A stretch of DNA of 64,000 bases, taken from assembly GCA_027923505.1 (NCBI GenBank), contig BROI01000020.1:310001-374000 (forward strand), written 5' to 3'. Below the pieces are notes generated by a model. That model had not been told where the DNA came from, searched no databases, and saw nothing but the letters and a program-made list of their open reading frames with translations. Both the position numbers and the translations under genes were made by a program. Shown here piece after piece: positions 24,029-35,160 of the stretch (the first letter of the stretch is position 1; every line of letters starts with the position of its first letter). The stretch comes from Mayamaea pseudoterrestris (taxonomy: Eukaryota).

Positions 24029-26950
24029 CTATGAATCGATTGTCTTCGGCGATCGGTTTGCTATGGAATGGCTCTTCAATGGCGACTTTGTTGCCCATAC
24101 GGGAGGTTGGCTATAACTTTTGCTACGGCACGGTATCACACATTTTCCCGTTGCTGAAGTTTGCTGAGAGGGACGTTGCTGCGGCGAGAAAGTTGCTGCA
24201 ACACCTGTGTTGTCCACGGGTACTGGGGGAGGTTGCTCGAAGGTGACCTTAGATATCATCTCACCTTCTGTTGCCGCATGAGCTTCGCCGGTCGTACTCA
24301 AAAACTCGTCGGGAATTTTCGGTTGCAACTGCTCGTCAACTCTTGCTGCCACTGCCTGATGAGGAGATGCAACTTTTGGTTCAATTGTCTCCGTAACCAT
24401 CTTTAGACTGCTTCTCCGTAAAGGTGACCGAAAAGCCCATTCAGGAGTCTTTGAAAACGACCTGGGAGTGCAATTGTTCTCACTGGTATTTACCGGTAAT
24501 CTACCACCAACAAAGGACAAAATACCAGGTACACTCGTTTCTTCGGAACGCATTTCCAATTCCAACGGAAGCGATTTGTTTCTGTCTAGCTCAGCTTCTT
24601 CCGCCGAATGACTCGCCGTGTCCTTAAGTGTGTCAACCTCGTTGCTTTTAATTGTCAATCTCAATTTGGTTTTGCTCTTCCGTAAAGGTGCACTAACCGC
24701 CCATTCTGGTAGCTTCGGATTAGTTTTAGGCGTAATGGTCGCATTGATTCCAACTTTACCCTTGGCCATATCTCTTGACGAATGGGTCGGCAATTTTGTA
24801 CTTTCCGTGGGAATTGGATGATTACCCTGTATCTCGACGCCAGATTCCGCTTTGCACTGTTGCCCTCTGCTCGACGCTTCAATAATATTCGTTTTTAACG
24901 TCTCCGCTGCGCGATTCGCAACTCCCAGCCCGAATTTGACACTGTTTTTTCGAAGTGGCGATCGAATGGTCCATTCCGGGATCTTAGTAAATTTCTTGGA
25001 CTCGTCCAACGCATCACCAAGAGCGTTTCTGACATCAGATGGCGACATTGAATTATTCGGGCAGAGTGCAGAACATGGTGAATCGTTACCTGTCGCAAGA
25101 GGCCTATTCGGCGATGCAGGGACATCGACGTTGTTGTCGCATTTATTTTCAGCCTCATTTTGTGGCGAATGGCGTGACTCTTCCGCCGTTTCCTTTCCCA
25201 GCATCTCTTCTGAGGAAGTTGGGATTCCGAGACCAACTTTAAGACGGGACTTTCGTAGTGGCGATTTAGTAGCCCAATCGGGAGTGCTAGAAAATGACTT
25301 TTCAGTGGATGTTCCATCGAATTTTCTTAAAGTCCATTCCGGCTTAGAGCCAAAAGGCCTCGGCATTGTTTTCGTCTGAGCATGAGCAAAACCATTCCAG
25401 TTCGCGCCGTTACTTGAGGAGTTATTGTTGGAACGTACAGGTGTATCGCGGGATTGTTTCGGCGTCACGTCGCCATTTTTCACTATCGATCGTGCAGGTT
25501 CGAGAAGAGGAACATGATTTGTTTCGCCAATCTCAAGATTGGGGCGAGACGTACGTCGGGTGGCCCAAACCGGTTGCTTCTTTTCGGTTGAGTGTGCATT
25601 CGACGCAATACGATTCACTGGTGTGCATCGTTTCAAAGGAGATTGTAGCGCCCAAGCAGGTGTTTGACTAAATGTCTGTGGCTGGGCCTTCTCCACGGTC
25701 TGGCGAAGCATGCGATTTTTTACCCACTCTGGAACCTCCCAACCATATATTCGTTTGATAAGCTCTGCTTCTGACAGCTTTACATGCTCCGGTTCCCAAT
25801 GGTATTGCGGTATGTCGCCGTCACCGATCTTGAGTCGTCGCCGATGTTCCGCGTCCAACTCCAATATTTTGGCGACGCGACGGCGATGTCGCTCAATTTC
25901 TTCGTCGTCATATTCATCACAGTTCTGTTGCTTAGATCGTATCCGACTGTCTTCATCATCCTCGTCGTCATTCTTTTCTTGTTGCTTGGATCGTAGGCGA
26001 CTGTCTTCGTCATCTTCCTCGTCATCCTTTTCTGGCGTATGAGTCTGCTCTTGACTGACAACAGGTTCTGCATTGGGGTTGATTGGAGCTGTCAGCTCGC
26101 CACCTGAAGGTGATCCGCTATCTACTTCTATGTCAGTATCAGTTATTGGATCAGCCTTGTGTCCAGTGCAGGGCTGCGACGGTATGGTTACTGGTAACTC
26201 AACATAACCTTCGTCGCATGATTCTGGGGCAAAGCTCTCCACACTACAGTCGTCGTCCAGATCATTTTCCGTTGACGAATTGTTTGTGCTGGAGCCGTTG
26301 GAACTACCAAACAATGCATCCCAATCCCAGCTCCTCCGAACTTTCTCTTCCTTTGGAGGAGGTGAAGGCTCACGCCGTCTGGCTCTTGCTTTGGCTTCCT
26401 CGGCTTGCTTGGCAGCACGAATCTTCGCCAACTCATCGTCCTTCTTTTGAATAAAAACCTTCTGTTCCTCTGACAATTCGTAGTCATCGTCGCCCCTCCG
26501 TATCACGTCAGGTCCGGCAACAGGCTGCTGCTTTAAAACAGACGACTGACAACGGTCTTGATGGAATTCCAAATCATCGTTGAAACATTTTCGCGAACAA
26601 TAGTGAGCATTCTTGCACATCCCACACTGGATCAGCAAGCCATCAACCTTGCTATTGGAGATGCCGCACCGGTCGCACTTGGAGCCTCGAAAGTTCCATA
26701 CTCGCAAATGATCCGTGTTGTCCAAAGCTCCCTCCATTTCTTCCGTGGAGTTGTAAACGGGGACTGTGGAACCCTTTGATGTTTTCACTGCCTCCGACAG
26801 CTTGTTTGGTAGATAAGAGGCCATGCTTGCGGATGTCAAGATGAGCGAACAGGGAGATACTTCATATACGCCGACGACCGAGGCAGGCGGTTTACTGAGG
26901 TTGCTCGCGTTTGTTTCTTCCAATCGCGTCATGGTCATTATCCGCGTCAA
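24029..26950 (-). CDS. MYND zinc-finger protein with long disordered tail carrying repeated PxW..SPLR motifs (likely ATG 26824)
   Basis: CDRC..CGMCKNAHYCSRKCFNDDLEFHQDRC; 973-codon ORF. Confidence 0.8.
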   Translation of the reverse strand: MTRIMTMTRLEETNASNLSKPPASVVGVYEVSPCSLILTSASMASYLPNKLSEAVKTSKGSTVPVYNSTEEMEGALDNTDHLRVWNFRGSKCDRCGISNSKVDGLLIQCGMCKNAHYCSRKCFNDDLEFHQDRCQSSVLKQQPVAGPDVIRRGDDDYELSEEQKVFIQKKDDELAKIRAAKQAEEAKARARRREPSPPPKEEKVRRSWDWDALFGSSNGSSTNNSSTENDLDDDCSVESFAPESCDEGYVELPVTIPSQPCTGHKADPITDTDIEVDSGSPSGGELTAPINPNAEPVVSQEQTHTPEKDDEEDDEDSRLRSKQQEKNDDEDDEDSRIRSKQQNCDEYDDEEIERHRRRVAKILELDAEHRRRLKIGDGDIPQYHWEPEHVKLSEAELIKRIYGWEVPEWVKNRMLRQTVEKAQPQTFSQTPAWALQSPLKRCTPVNRIASNAHSTEKKQPVWATRRTSRPNLEIGETNHVPLLEPARSIVKNGDVTPKQSRDTPVRSNNNSSSNGANWNGFAHAQTKTMPRPFGSKPEWTLRKFDGTSTEKSFSSTPDWATKSPLRKSRLKVGLGIPTSSEEMLGKETAEESRHSPQNEAENKCDNNVDVPASPNRPLATGNDSPCSALCPNNSMSPSDVRNALGDALDESKKFTKIPEWTIRSPLRKNSVKFGLGVANRAAETLKTNIIEASSRGQQCKAESGVEIQGNHPIPTESTKLPTHSSRDMAKGKVGINATITPKTNPKLPEWAVSAPLRKSKTKLRLTIKSNEVDTLKDTASHSAEEAELDRNKSLPLELEMRSEETSVPGILSFVGGRLPVNTSENNCTPRSFSKTPEWAFRSPLRRSSLKMVTETIEPKVASPHQAVAARVDEQLQPKIPDEFLSTTGEAHAATEGEMISKVTFEQPPPVPVDNTGVAATFSPQQRPSQQTSATGKCVIPCRSKSYSQPPVWATKSPLKSHSIANRSPKTIDS

Positions 26951-27490
26951 GACGTGCGAATGTCACAGCGGTGTCTTGGATTATAGCCCTTCAGTCTTGC
27001 ATGATGTGCGCTGTCTTGGATCTGGACATTATATTTTGGCTAGCTACCTGGCGCACCACAATGCTATGCTGGGCGGGATCTCATAGTAAGGGAGATTAAT
27101 AGATCATGTGGTTTTAGCACGAGTCTTTATGTCTGGCAAATAAACGTATGAGGACTACTGGAAGTACAGTACCCTACTGGGGCAAGACCATCATTGCATC
27201 AACGAAAGGCATGCTCAACTAAGGCGTAAGCAGCCTCACCAGCTAGCCTTGTGTTTTACGATAAATGCTGCTGCACATACAGTATAAAGTGTGCACATGA
27301 TTTTCAATCATGTGATGGGGGCTCGGGATTAGGACACTAGCTGCAGTCGTCGTACGCGATTTGTGTGCTTTCAAATAATATATTTAGGGATTGAGGTTGA
27401 AGCGCCTTGACACGTAGAGTTGTGTTTGCTTATATTGACTCATAGATACGTTACAAGCCGCAGTTATCAAACCAAGGTGCATGTTTTTGT

Positions 27491-27996
27491 CTATTTGATC
27501 GATCCCAAGCTGCCTTCCTGCAGTTCCGTTGTATCGCATCCCAACTTGTGGTGAGCTGGTAGATCCGAATTGAAGCAACCAAGGCTACAATAGTAGGCCT
27601 TCTTGCATTTTCCGCACTGTGTATTCAAGGAAAGACGTGAAAAAGGCGTATGTAAGTTATGGTATCATTGTGAGTGGCATGGTTGGCAGCCGACAGGCAT
27701 GCCGATCATTCAATCTCTTCACAACTTCACAATCGCAAGCGGGCTTGATTGATTGTTCGCTCTCCACAATTACAGTCAGTTCGAAAATCATCCCCCAACA
27801 TCTTTTCTCTTTAGCCACTCACCTGAATAAGCTTGCCATCCAGTTGGCTGTTCTTCTTGCCGCATTTGTCGCAGCTATTCTTGGTAAAGCCAAACTTTTT
27901 CAAGTGGTTCATCGAATCCAATATTTGCAGCCGCTCCTCCTCGTTCGTGTACGTTAGCTCCTGCGCAACATCGTCAAACTTGTTTAGTTCCGGCAT
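27491..27996 (-). CDS. Small stand-alone MYND zinc-finger protein (99 aa); exons 27996-27823 and 27616-27491
   Basis: CDKCGKKNSQLDGKLIQ | CGKCKKAYYCSLGCFNSDLPAHHKLGC joined by phase-0 GTGAGT..CACAG intron. Confidence 0.8.
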
Positions 27997-28317
27997 GGTG
28001 GATAAAGTGGATGGTAAATGCTTGGAATGACACTGGGGTCGTCGCTAATGATGGTCGTGGTCCAACGAGTGGAAGAAAAGATCCAACGCGAGACACAATC
28101 CAAGAATGACCGACTTTGAGTCATAAATGTGCATGAGAAGGTGCGTGTGCTCTGGCTTCCAATCGTCATTTTAAAACCGGTGCGACCTCTCCATCGATGC
28201 ACTTCATTGCGCATCCATTGCACAAGCTGCGTTGCCATCCCTTGGATCTTTCATCGCAAGCATCTATACTTGTACCGCTACTACTCTCCCTTTTATCTCC
28301 AAACTAAAATTTCCATC

Positions 28318-28932
28318 ATGTCGATCATGTCCTACAACGGTTCGGCGATTATCGCCATGGCCGGCAAAGATTGCGTCGGTATCGCTGCGGACCGCCGCCT
28401 TGGTATCCAGCTCAAGACGGTTTCCACAGACTTTACCAAGACGTTTCAAATGCAGCCCAAGCTTTTCGTTGGCCTTGCCGGATTAGCCACTGATGTACAG
28501 ACGCTTCATAATTTGTTGGAATTTCGCATGAGCTTATTCAAGCTGCGAGAGGAGCGCGACATGCCGCCGGAGGTTGTGAATAATCTGCTTAGCACGTTGC
28601 TGTACGAGAAGCGTTTTGGTCCGTACTTTGTGGAGCCTATCGTGGCTGGTTTGGATGAAGACAACAAGCCATTTCTCAGCTGTATGGACCTGATTGGGTC
28701 ATCTGTCAAGGCGAATGATTTCGTAGTGTCGGGAACATGCACTGGTAACATGTTTGGAATGTGCGAGGCACTCTATCGGCCCGACTTGAATCCGGATGAG
28801 CTATTTGAAGCGCTGGCACAGTCGTTGCTAAGTAGTGTCGACAGAGACGCCATGTCAGGTTGGGGTGGAGTCGTTCATATCATTACGAAGGATGGAGTAA
28901 TGACAAAGGAACTGAAAGGTCGCATGGACTAG
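28318..28932 (+). CDS. PSMB3: 20S proteasome subunit beta type-3
   Basis: MSIMSYNGSAIIAMAGKDCV, GLAGLATDVQT, LYEKRFGPYF, DRDAMSGWG, C-terminal GRMD. Confidence 0.97.
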   Translation: MSIMSYNGSAIIAMAGKDCVGIAADRRLGIQLKTVSTDFTKTFQMQPKLFVGLAGLATDVQTLHNLLEFRMSLFKLREERDMPPEVVNNLLSTLLYEKRFGPYFVEPIVAGLDEDNKPFLSCMDLIGSSVKANDFVVSGTCTGNMFGMCEALYRPDLNPDELFEALAQSLLSSVDRDAMSGWGGVVHIITKDGVMTKELKGRMD

Positions 28933-29136
28933 TTTTGCATTTTACTGTTACGACTTATTATGGTGTTTATACTACACAGTCTGCCAAAGATAATCTACTT
29001 TGTCAAATTCGACTTCTATAAAATGTATAGACTCAAATGACGACAACAGTTATTACTTTATATTTAAACTCTTGTCCCCGCAGACCAGAAACGACAAATA
29101 ACAGAATCAAGAACATCTGATAACTTCGCCAACTAA

Positions 29137-30004
29137 CTAGGATCTCAGCTTCATGCCCTTGGACTTGCTCGTCTTGGAGCCCTTGGTTCCCTTGCTCGAA
29201 CCACCAGAGTAGCTTCCAGAGCTGCCATGATAACTGTAGCTGCCGCTGGAGCCACTGTGGTAGCTTCCAGAGCCCTTGGTAATTTTAGAGCCACCCTTGG
29301 AGCCCTTGCTCGAGCTGCCGTTGACACCAAGCTTGTAACCGCCCTTGCTTCCCTTAACACCGAGCTTGTAGCTACCCTTGCTTCCCTTGACGCCCTTGCT
29401 AGAACCATTTGCACTTCCCTTTACGCCCTTGCTCGAGCCGTTTAAGTTGCCATAGACGCCCTTGCTCGAGCCACTGTAGCCGCCCTTGACGCCCTTGCTC
29501 GAGCCACTGCTGCCTCCCTTGACGCCCTTGCTCGATCCGCCTTTGCCGCCTCCTTTTCCACCCTTGCCTCCGCCTTTTCCGGCTCCCTTTCCGCCAGTCT
29601 TGCTGCTAACGGGAACGCCAGGTGCTTCGCCCTTTCCACCTTTTCCGCCCTTGCCACTGACAGGAACGCTGTCGCCGCCACCCTTGCCGCCTCCCTTGCC
29701 ACCGCCTTTTCCGCCCTTGCCACTGATAGGAACGCTCGGCGCCTTGGTGGAGCATGACGATTCGCCGAGCAAGCGTCCGATAATTTGCTCCGCCTAGTAG
29801 AAACAACAAGAGAAGCAAGGTGAGCGAGCTGTCACGACTGGCACAATCACGCGCAAAACACGCTGCAATACTTGCCTCCATGTTGCTATTGGCAGCTTCC
29901 AAAGCCGCCTTGATAGTGTTCTTCTTCTCCTTGCTCGTCTCCTCCACATGCAGTCCATGACATGCCGTCAAACAAATGATGAATGCAACAATCGAAAGCT
30001 TCAT
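29137..30004 (-). CDS. Secreted Gly/Lys/Ser-rich silaffin/cingulin-like protein; exons 30004-29876 and 29793-29137
   Basis: Signal peptide MKLSIVAFIICLTACHG, RLL (RXL) site, KGGK/SSKG repeats; GC-AG intron. Confidence 0.75.
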
Positions 30005-30698
30005 GGTGTATATATATTGCTGGCAACTCGCGCAAAATCGATTTTTATGAGCTCCACCTACGATCGGCGCAAAACGTGGAAACCCCTTCGTCGCCAACGG
30101 CTCGTCACGATTGCCTGCCAACTTGCCTCGGAGGTGCATTCGTCGTGCGTTTCCGGTCGTGACTCTCTAAGTGAGCCGCAACCCAAAACGATGCAACGGT
30201 TCGTATCGTGACTTGTGTGCGAAACCAAAAGCAACAAGATGACCAGTTCAATAGCATCATGGCGCGATGAAATGATGCGTGCATGTATAATGAGAGCTGG
30301 AGCGTGACAATAAGCTCCACATGATCATGATTTATGATGATGTAGAACGGCTCAGGCTCATGCGCTTAGGCTCGCTTTGAATAATCATCATTGCCATCAC
30401 TCAGCTCCACGGCATGCCGCATTATATGAATCCGAGCGGACAATTAGCAATGCAGAGAGTGTAGGCTTCGTTCTTCCAAGCACGCTGGTCGTCGTCATCT
30501 TGATCTCCATGGTTGGCGACGAGCATGACAACAACTATACTAATGCCGATGCGACTTCAGAATCTGCATCCGTTTCTCGGTACTTGGCGTGTCGCAATGT
30601 GTTTGACGGATTCGCGCCGATCCCCAAATCGTTCCATGAAACGTTGCGATGTCAAACCTTCATTCCATTCAAGTAAAGTAACACGACACTATCTCACA

Positions 30699-32051
30699 AT
30701 GATGTTTAACCAGCATCGATTCAAGCTTTCCTTGGCTCTATGCATTCTCGGAAGCGTCTCGGGCTTTCAGCTTGCTCATCGCGTCAGCCCGAGAGGACTA
30801 CTGTCCGCACCTCAGCTTCCTCGTTCCGTCGTGCTGGCACGTCTGAAACAGGATGCGACGTTCGGCTCGAACGAGCTGCAGCAGCCGAAACAATCAATTT
30901 TCAAATCTCTAACGAAGCATGAAACATCTTGGTCCAAGCGTCGATTCGCTATTCGCAAAGCCTTTACAAAGTTTACCTCACTATTCCATCGAAGAACCGT
31001 AGCATTTTGCTTCGCCGCCCTCTTGTGGCTGTCCGTCTCGCAGGCAGCCTTTGCCGTCACTGGCGGACGCGTCGGTGGATCGTTTGGAAGGTCGTCTTCA
31101 TCGTCGCAGTATTCTGCGCCGGGACGCGTCCAAATGCGACCCAGCCAAATGTATTACGGCAACGAGTACTACAAGTACGGCGCGCCTCCTTACTCGCTGA
31201 GTGCGCCTCGCCTCACGTTGGACAGTCCTCGTCCACGAGTCCGACCGGATGGTGCATCGAGGTTTACAACGTCGGATGTGGTGGTGTTGACTGGATCAAC
31301 GGCAGTGATTGGTTATGGACTTTTGAACAATTACAAGGGCAAAGGAAGTGATGGCACGATTAGCCCGCTGGGTCCAGGAGCCACCGTGGCGTCGATTGTG
31401 GTATCGCTGGATGTGGCGAATCAGGATGATCCCAATTCGATTGTGCAGCGCTTGAAGAAGATTAGCAGCGCTGCATCCACTTCGACGCGTCGCGGTGTAC
31501 AAAACTTGGTGACGGAAGTATGTCTGGAGTTGTCGAGGCAGGAGCGATCCATGGTGTCGGCAACGACGGAAACTAAACACTTTGGGGCTATATCGTCGGC
31601 GGAGCGAGAGTTTCGGCACTTGTCAGTTCAAAGTCGAAGCAAATTTGATCGAGAGAGTGGTACGTGTTTTTATTAATGAATGACTGGATGATAGATACGT
31701 GTATTGACGGCGAACTTTATGGCTAACATTTCACTCTTGTTCAAATTGACAGTCAATAAGTTTGGTAACATGGATCGTTCCGACGATCAGTCGCCAGGCT
31801 CTGCTAACGTTGGACCTCGAGCAACATCTGCCATTGTCAGCATTAACGTTGCCATTGAAGGTGATTCGACGAAACTGCCACGTATCAGAGACCGAAAGGA
31901 TGTTCTCAGCGCCTTGTCAAAGCTAGCGTCGGATGCACAGGTGGAAGAGTGTCTCTTGTCGGCGGAAATTTTGTGGGCGCCAGATGCTCCCGGAGAAATA
32001 CTGACGACGAATGATGTGTACGCGGACTATCCATCATTGGTGCCGTTGTAG
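30699..32051 (+). CDS. DUF1517 / FLAP1-like plastid protein; intron 31660-31752
   Basis: Signal peptide SG-FQ; TGGRVGGSFG, VQSRSKFDRES-VN, EILWAP, DYPSLVPL. Confidence 0.85.
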
Positions 32052-32104
32052 TGTAGACTGGACATCGAATTGATATATAAATTGCTACTGTTTTATGATG
32101 ATTT

Positions 32105-32978
32105 TTACAAAAGCTTCCGTTTGGAGTCAAACAGTGGAACTGCCTTGCTGAATCCCATCAATACCCCAGCGTCGTACTGAGGGAATGATTTCGCCAAGCG
32201 CTTGGCTGTTGTTGATTAAAAGAGACCGAGATGAAGGCATTAGAAAATCGCAAAAACATATACTTGGTACCATTCAATCTTATAATACCTCGTCTCGACT
32301 TGATGTATTCCGTGTATGGTCGAAAGCCTAGCATTTCAATTTGAATGCGACTAAACTGCAAACAAAGCAAGAAAAAGGTTGATTGTCCCAAGAGAGGCTC
32401 CATCCAGTTCCATGTCCAGCCTGCCACTTCCAAGGCTGTTTCAATGTCCTTTGGCTCGGGAACGTCAGCCGTGACATAGGCATTGTTAAAGAACTCGGCA
32501 GTCGGCAGGTGAAAGACGAGTGGAAAGGACGTAAAGCCGGCCGTCAAGGCAATGGCAATGCCGATCTTGTAAGGTAAGGCATAGAGAAGCTGAAAGTCTG
32601 CGTATGATATAAGAATCTAATTGAGTCATTGTTCTGGCTCGAGCCACCACGCAAACTCTTTCGTTAAAACATACCAAGATTTGTCGCTTCAATCAATTCA
32701 AACTTATCAACTGCTTCTTCATATTCAATGCGATCAACGCTCATAATATGACGCTTGACAATTTCCTTGCGAGCATTCAAGTTCCCCAAGGCGCTCATGG
32801 TAATCAACGTATGATTGTCCAGTTCCTGGGGTGTCAGCGGCATGGAGTGAGCCATTTCCAGCGTTGGTTGCGGCAACTTGGACGTGTTCAAGGAAGTATG
32901 GATGGTTCGGCTGCAGTGTTGAAACGCAGCGAAGCTCCGAGATGCAGAAGCTAACAGAGATCGTCTTTGAGCCAGCAT
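32105..32978 (-). CDS. Conserved-looking hypothetical membrane protein, 2 introns, probable mitochondrial presequence
   Basis: MLAQRRSLL..RHIMSVDRIEY; ETALEVAGWTWNWMEPLLG; last exon AKRLAKSFPQYD..KLL*; exon limits approximate. Confidence 0.65.
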
Positions 32979-33396
32979 GGTATTGGTGCTTGTCGCGGAA
33001 TCGAGAGCACCTTGATGGATAATGTGTGGCGGCTTTGTACTTTGTACCGGTGAAGTGATGATGCGCTTTGTGGTTGACGAAAGTGGATGGCGAAATCCTT
33101 GTCGCGCATCGCCAGTTTGCTGACGTCGGATGCCGGTGCGATCCTTATTACACGACAAACATATTATCATGAAAAGAAACTTCCGATTTTCGTAGTTCGT
33201 GACAGCTGTTTTGCTGTTCCAAAACGAATCGCGCTCCACCGCCTGCTCTGCGTCCAGGAAGATGCGATATGCGATCCATCGTAACATATTTTTTCAGGCT
33301 CTTATAATTACTCTGTCTGGAACAAGCGACTGCAAGTTAGCTGAAAGAAATAACGAAACAAGTAATATTGGTCGCCGATAATTTCTGATCGGAAAG

Positions 33397-35097
33397 ATGC
33401 TGCACCTTCGCTTGTCTTGGTTGCTACTTTCATGCTCGTCGGCAATGGCGTTTGCTCCGAGAATGCTCTCAGCGAGGAAAGCAGACTTTGGTCGGAGCGA
33501 TGCGCAAACTACAGCACCATCGTCACATTCATTGATGAGATCTTCGACAATACGTATCTTCTCCGCGACACAATTGGCATTGTCCTCTTCGATATTTGAA
33601 TCCGTTACAAGCAATCCTAACTCTATTGGAACGATTACTTTTCTGATACCCAAGGAGCATGAGTCAGCTTCCTGCAGGTTTGGCCAGCTTTCTCCCGTCG
33701 GTAGTCCAAAGTTGCTAGAGGCGGTTCGACAGCTTTGCAAAAAGTGCTTCTACTTTTCGGATGGTCTGGTCGACACAAGCATTCAGTCGGTGCCAGGCAA
33801 TTTGCAAGATTTGGATTCCAGCATTCGTTCCAGCTCTGTGGTAATCGCGTTGGGAATACAAGATGAACAAGAGATGCAAGCTGTCCAAAATCTATTTGAG
33901 CAGCGGCGTCAATCTCCTTCTCGCGAGTCGCTCTGTAACTTCGCCCTCGACTGCAAGCAAACGCTTCCTGCGTTGGTTGGTCCTTTCGATTCATCAAATC
34001 CAAGTCTTTCGAGTCGATTGCTGCCATGGACTAGTGAAGCCTCCGCCAAGCGCCTGCATGATCAAATGATCAATCTTTTTGAACGCTTTACAAGTGATGA
34101 CTTTGCGTTTGCCGCCATGCTCTTTTTGAATGCCTTTTCCGGCCATCAAGTCGACTGGGTCAAACATTCGATAGATGCCACTTGGGAAAAGGGACCAGTG
34201 CGAAATGCGCAGGAACTGTACGCCATGGTGGACAAGTGTGGCGACTGCATCACCAGATGCGTCAAGGACGACAATTGTCGAGAGTGCATTGGCAAACTGA
34301 CTGCAATTGATTCGCGAGATCAAGTGACGAGTTACAGGACGATTGTCTCATACGAATCGGAATTGCTAAAAGAATTTACACTATGCATCATGACCAAGAA
34401 CAATATTTTTCAGTGTGCGGCTACCATTCCAATATTTCCTAAGGTTGCTCCTATTAGTTCCTGGCGAAATTCGCCCTTGACGGAAGAAGCAGCGAAAAGT
34501 ATTTTGGTCGGTCATTTGGACGATCCATCCGCTCCGGATGGTAGCTTGCGCCTATCCGTATCTTGGAAGGTCGCTTGCGGCGCCAATGTTGCTTACGATC
34601 AGTTTCCGTCTCAGAATCAGCTATTTTATCCTGCGGCGCGAGGTCGCGACATGTGGTATGATCCGGTTTTTCGTGTCGAAACGTTGGACGGTCGCAACGT
34701 TTGGTGTAAACGACACTACAAAGTGCGTCCTGCGGAACGACCAGGCACCTTTCGATTGTCCGTCTTGGATAATGGTGTGACAAGCAATGAATTCTGGACA
34801 ATTATTGGCGTTGCTGATGATCTTTCGTGGTGCGCCATGCATTATGCAGGCGCTGCTAGTGAAGTTGGGCAACGATATCTCGGCGGCTTGTTGTGTACAC
34901 CAGACGGTCAACTCCCAGACCAACATGTGCTGCCGGAAATCTGGGAAGTTTTCCGAAGCGCAGGAATTGAGCCATGGGAGCTCTACAGGGTAACGAACGA
35001 CGACACATCGGAAGGAGCACTCGAAGCTGGAGCTCCTCCGCTTGACTTTTATCGATCTGAAGTCCTTGCGCGTCGAGCTGCTGCAATAGCAATCTAA
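33397..35097 (+). CDS. VDR: Violaxanthin de-epoxidase-related protein
   Basis: Presequence AMA-FAP; Cys-rich CGDCITRC..C..C; AYDQFPSQNQLFY, WYDPVFRV, SVLDNGVTSNEFW, HYAGAA. Confidence 0.85.
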   Translation: MLHLRLSWLLLSCSSAMAFAPRMLSARKADFGRSDAQTTAPSSHSLMRSSTIRIFSATQLALSSSIFESVTSNPNSIGTITFLIPKEHESASCRFGQLSPVGSPKLLEAVRQLCKKCFYFSDGLVDTSIQSVPGNLQDLDSSIRSSSVVIALGIQDEQEMQAVQNLFEQRRQSPSRESLCNFALDCKQTLPALVGPFDSSNPSLSSRLLPWTSEASAKRLHDQMINLFERFTSDDFAFAAMLFLNAFSGHQVDWVKHSIDATWEKGPVRNAQELYAMVDKCGDCITRCVKDDNCRECIGKLTAIDSRDQVTSYRTIVSYESELLKEFTLCIMTKNNIFQCAATIPIFPKVAPISSWRNSPLTEEAAKSILVGHLDDPSAPDGSLRLSVSWKVACGANVAYDQFPSQNQLFYPAARGRDMWYDPVFRVETLDGRNVWCKRHYKVRPAERPGTFRLSVLDNGVTSNEFWTIIGVADDLSWCAMHYAGAASEVGQRYLGGLLCTPDGQLPDQHVLPEIWEVFRSAGIEPWELYRVTNDDTSEGALEAGAPPLDFYRSEVLARRAAAIAI

Positions 35098-35160
35098 TTT
35101 GTTGCTGTACGCAGCGATAGCTACCACATAAAGGTACAGAACTAAAGTATGCATTACCGT

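Noticed and set aside
29486..29797. Pro-rich ORF on the plus strand
   Set aside because: Antisense shadow of the Gly/Lys codons of the silaffin-like gene
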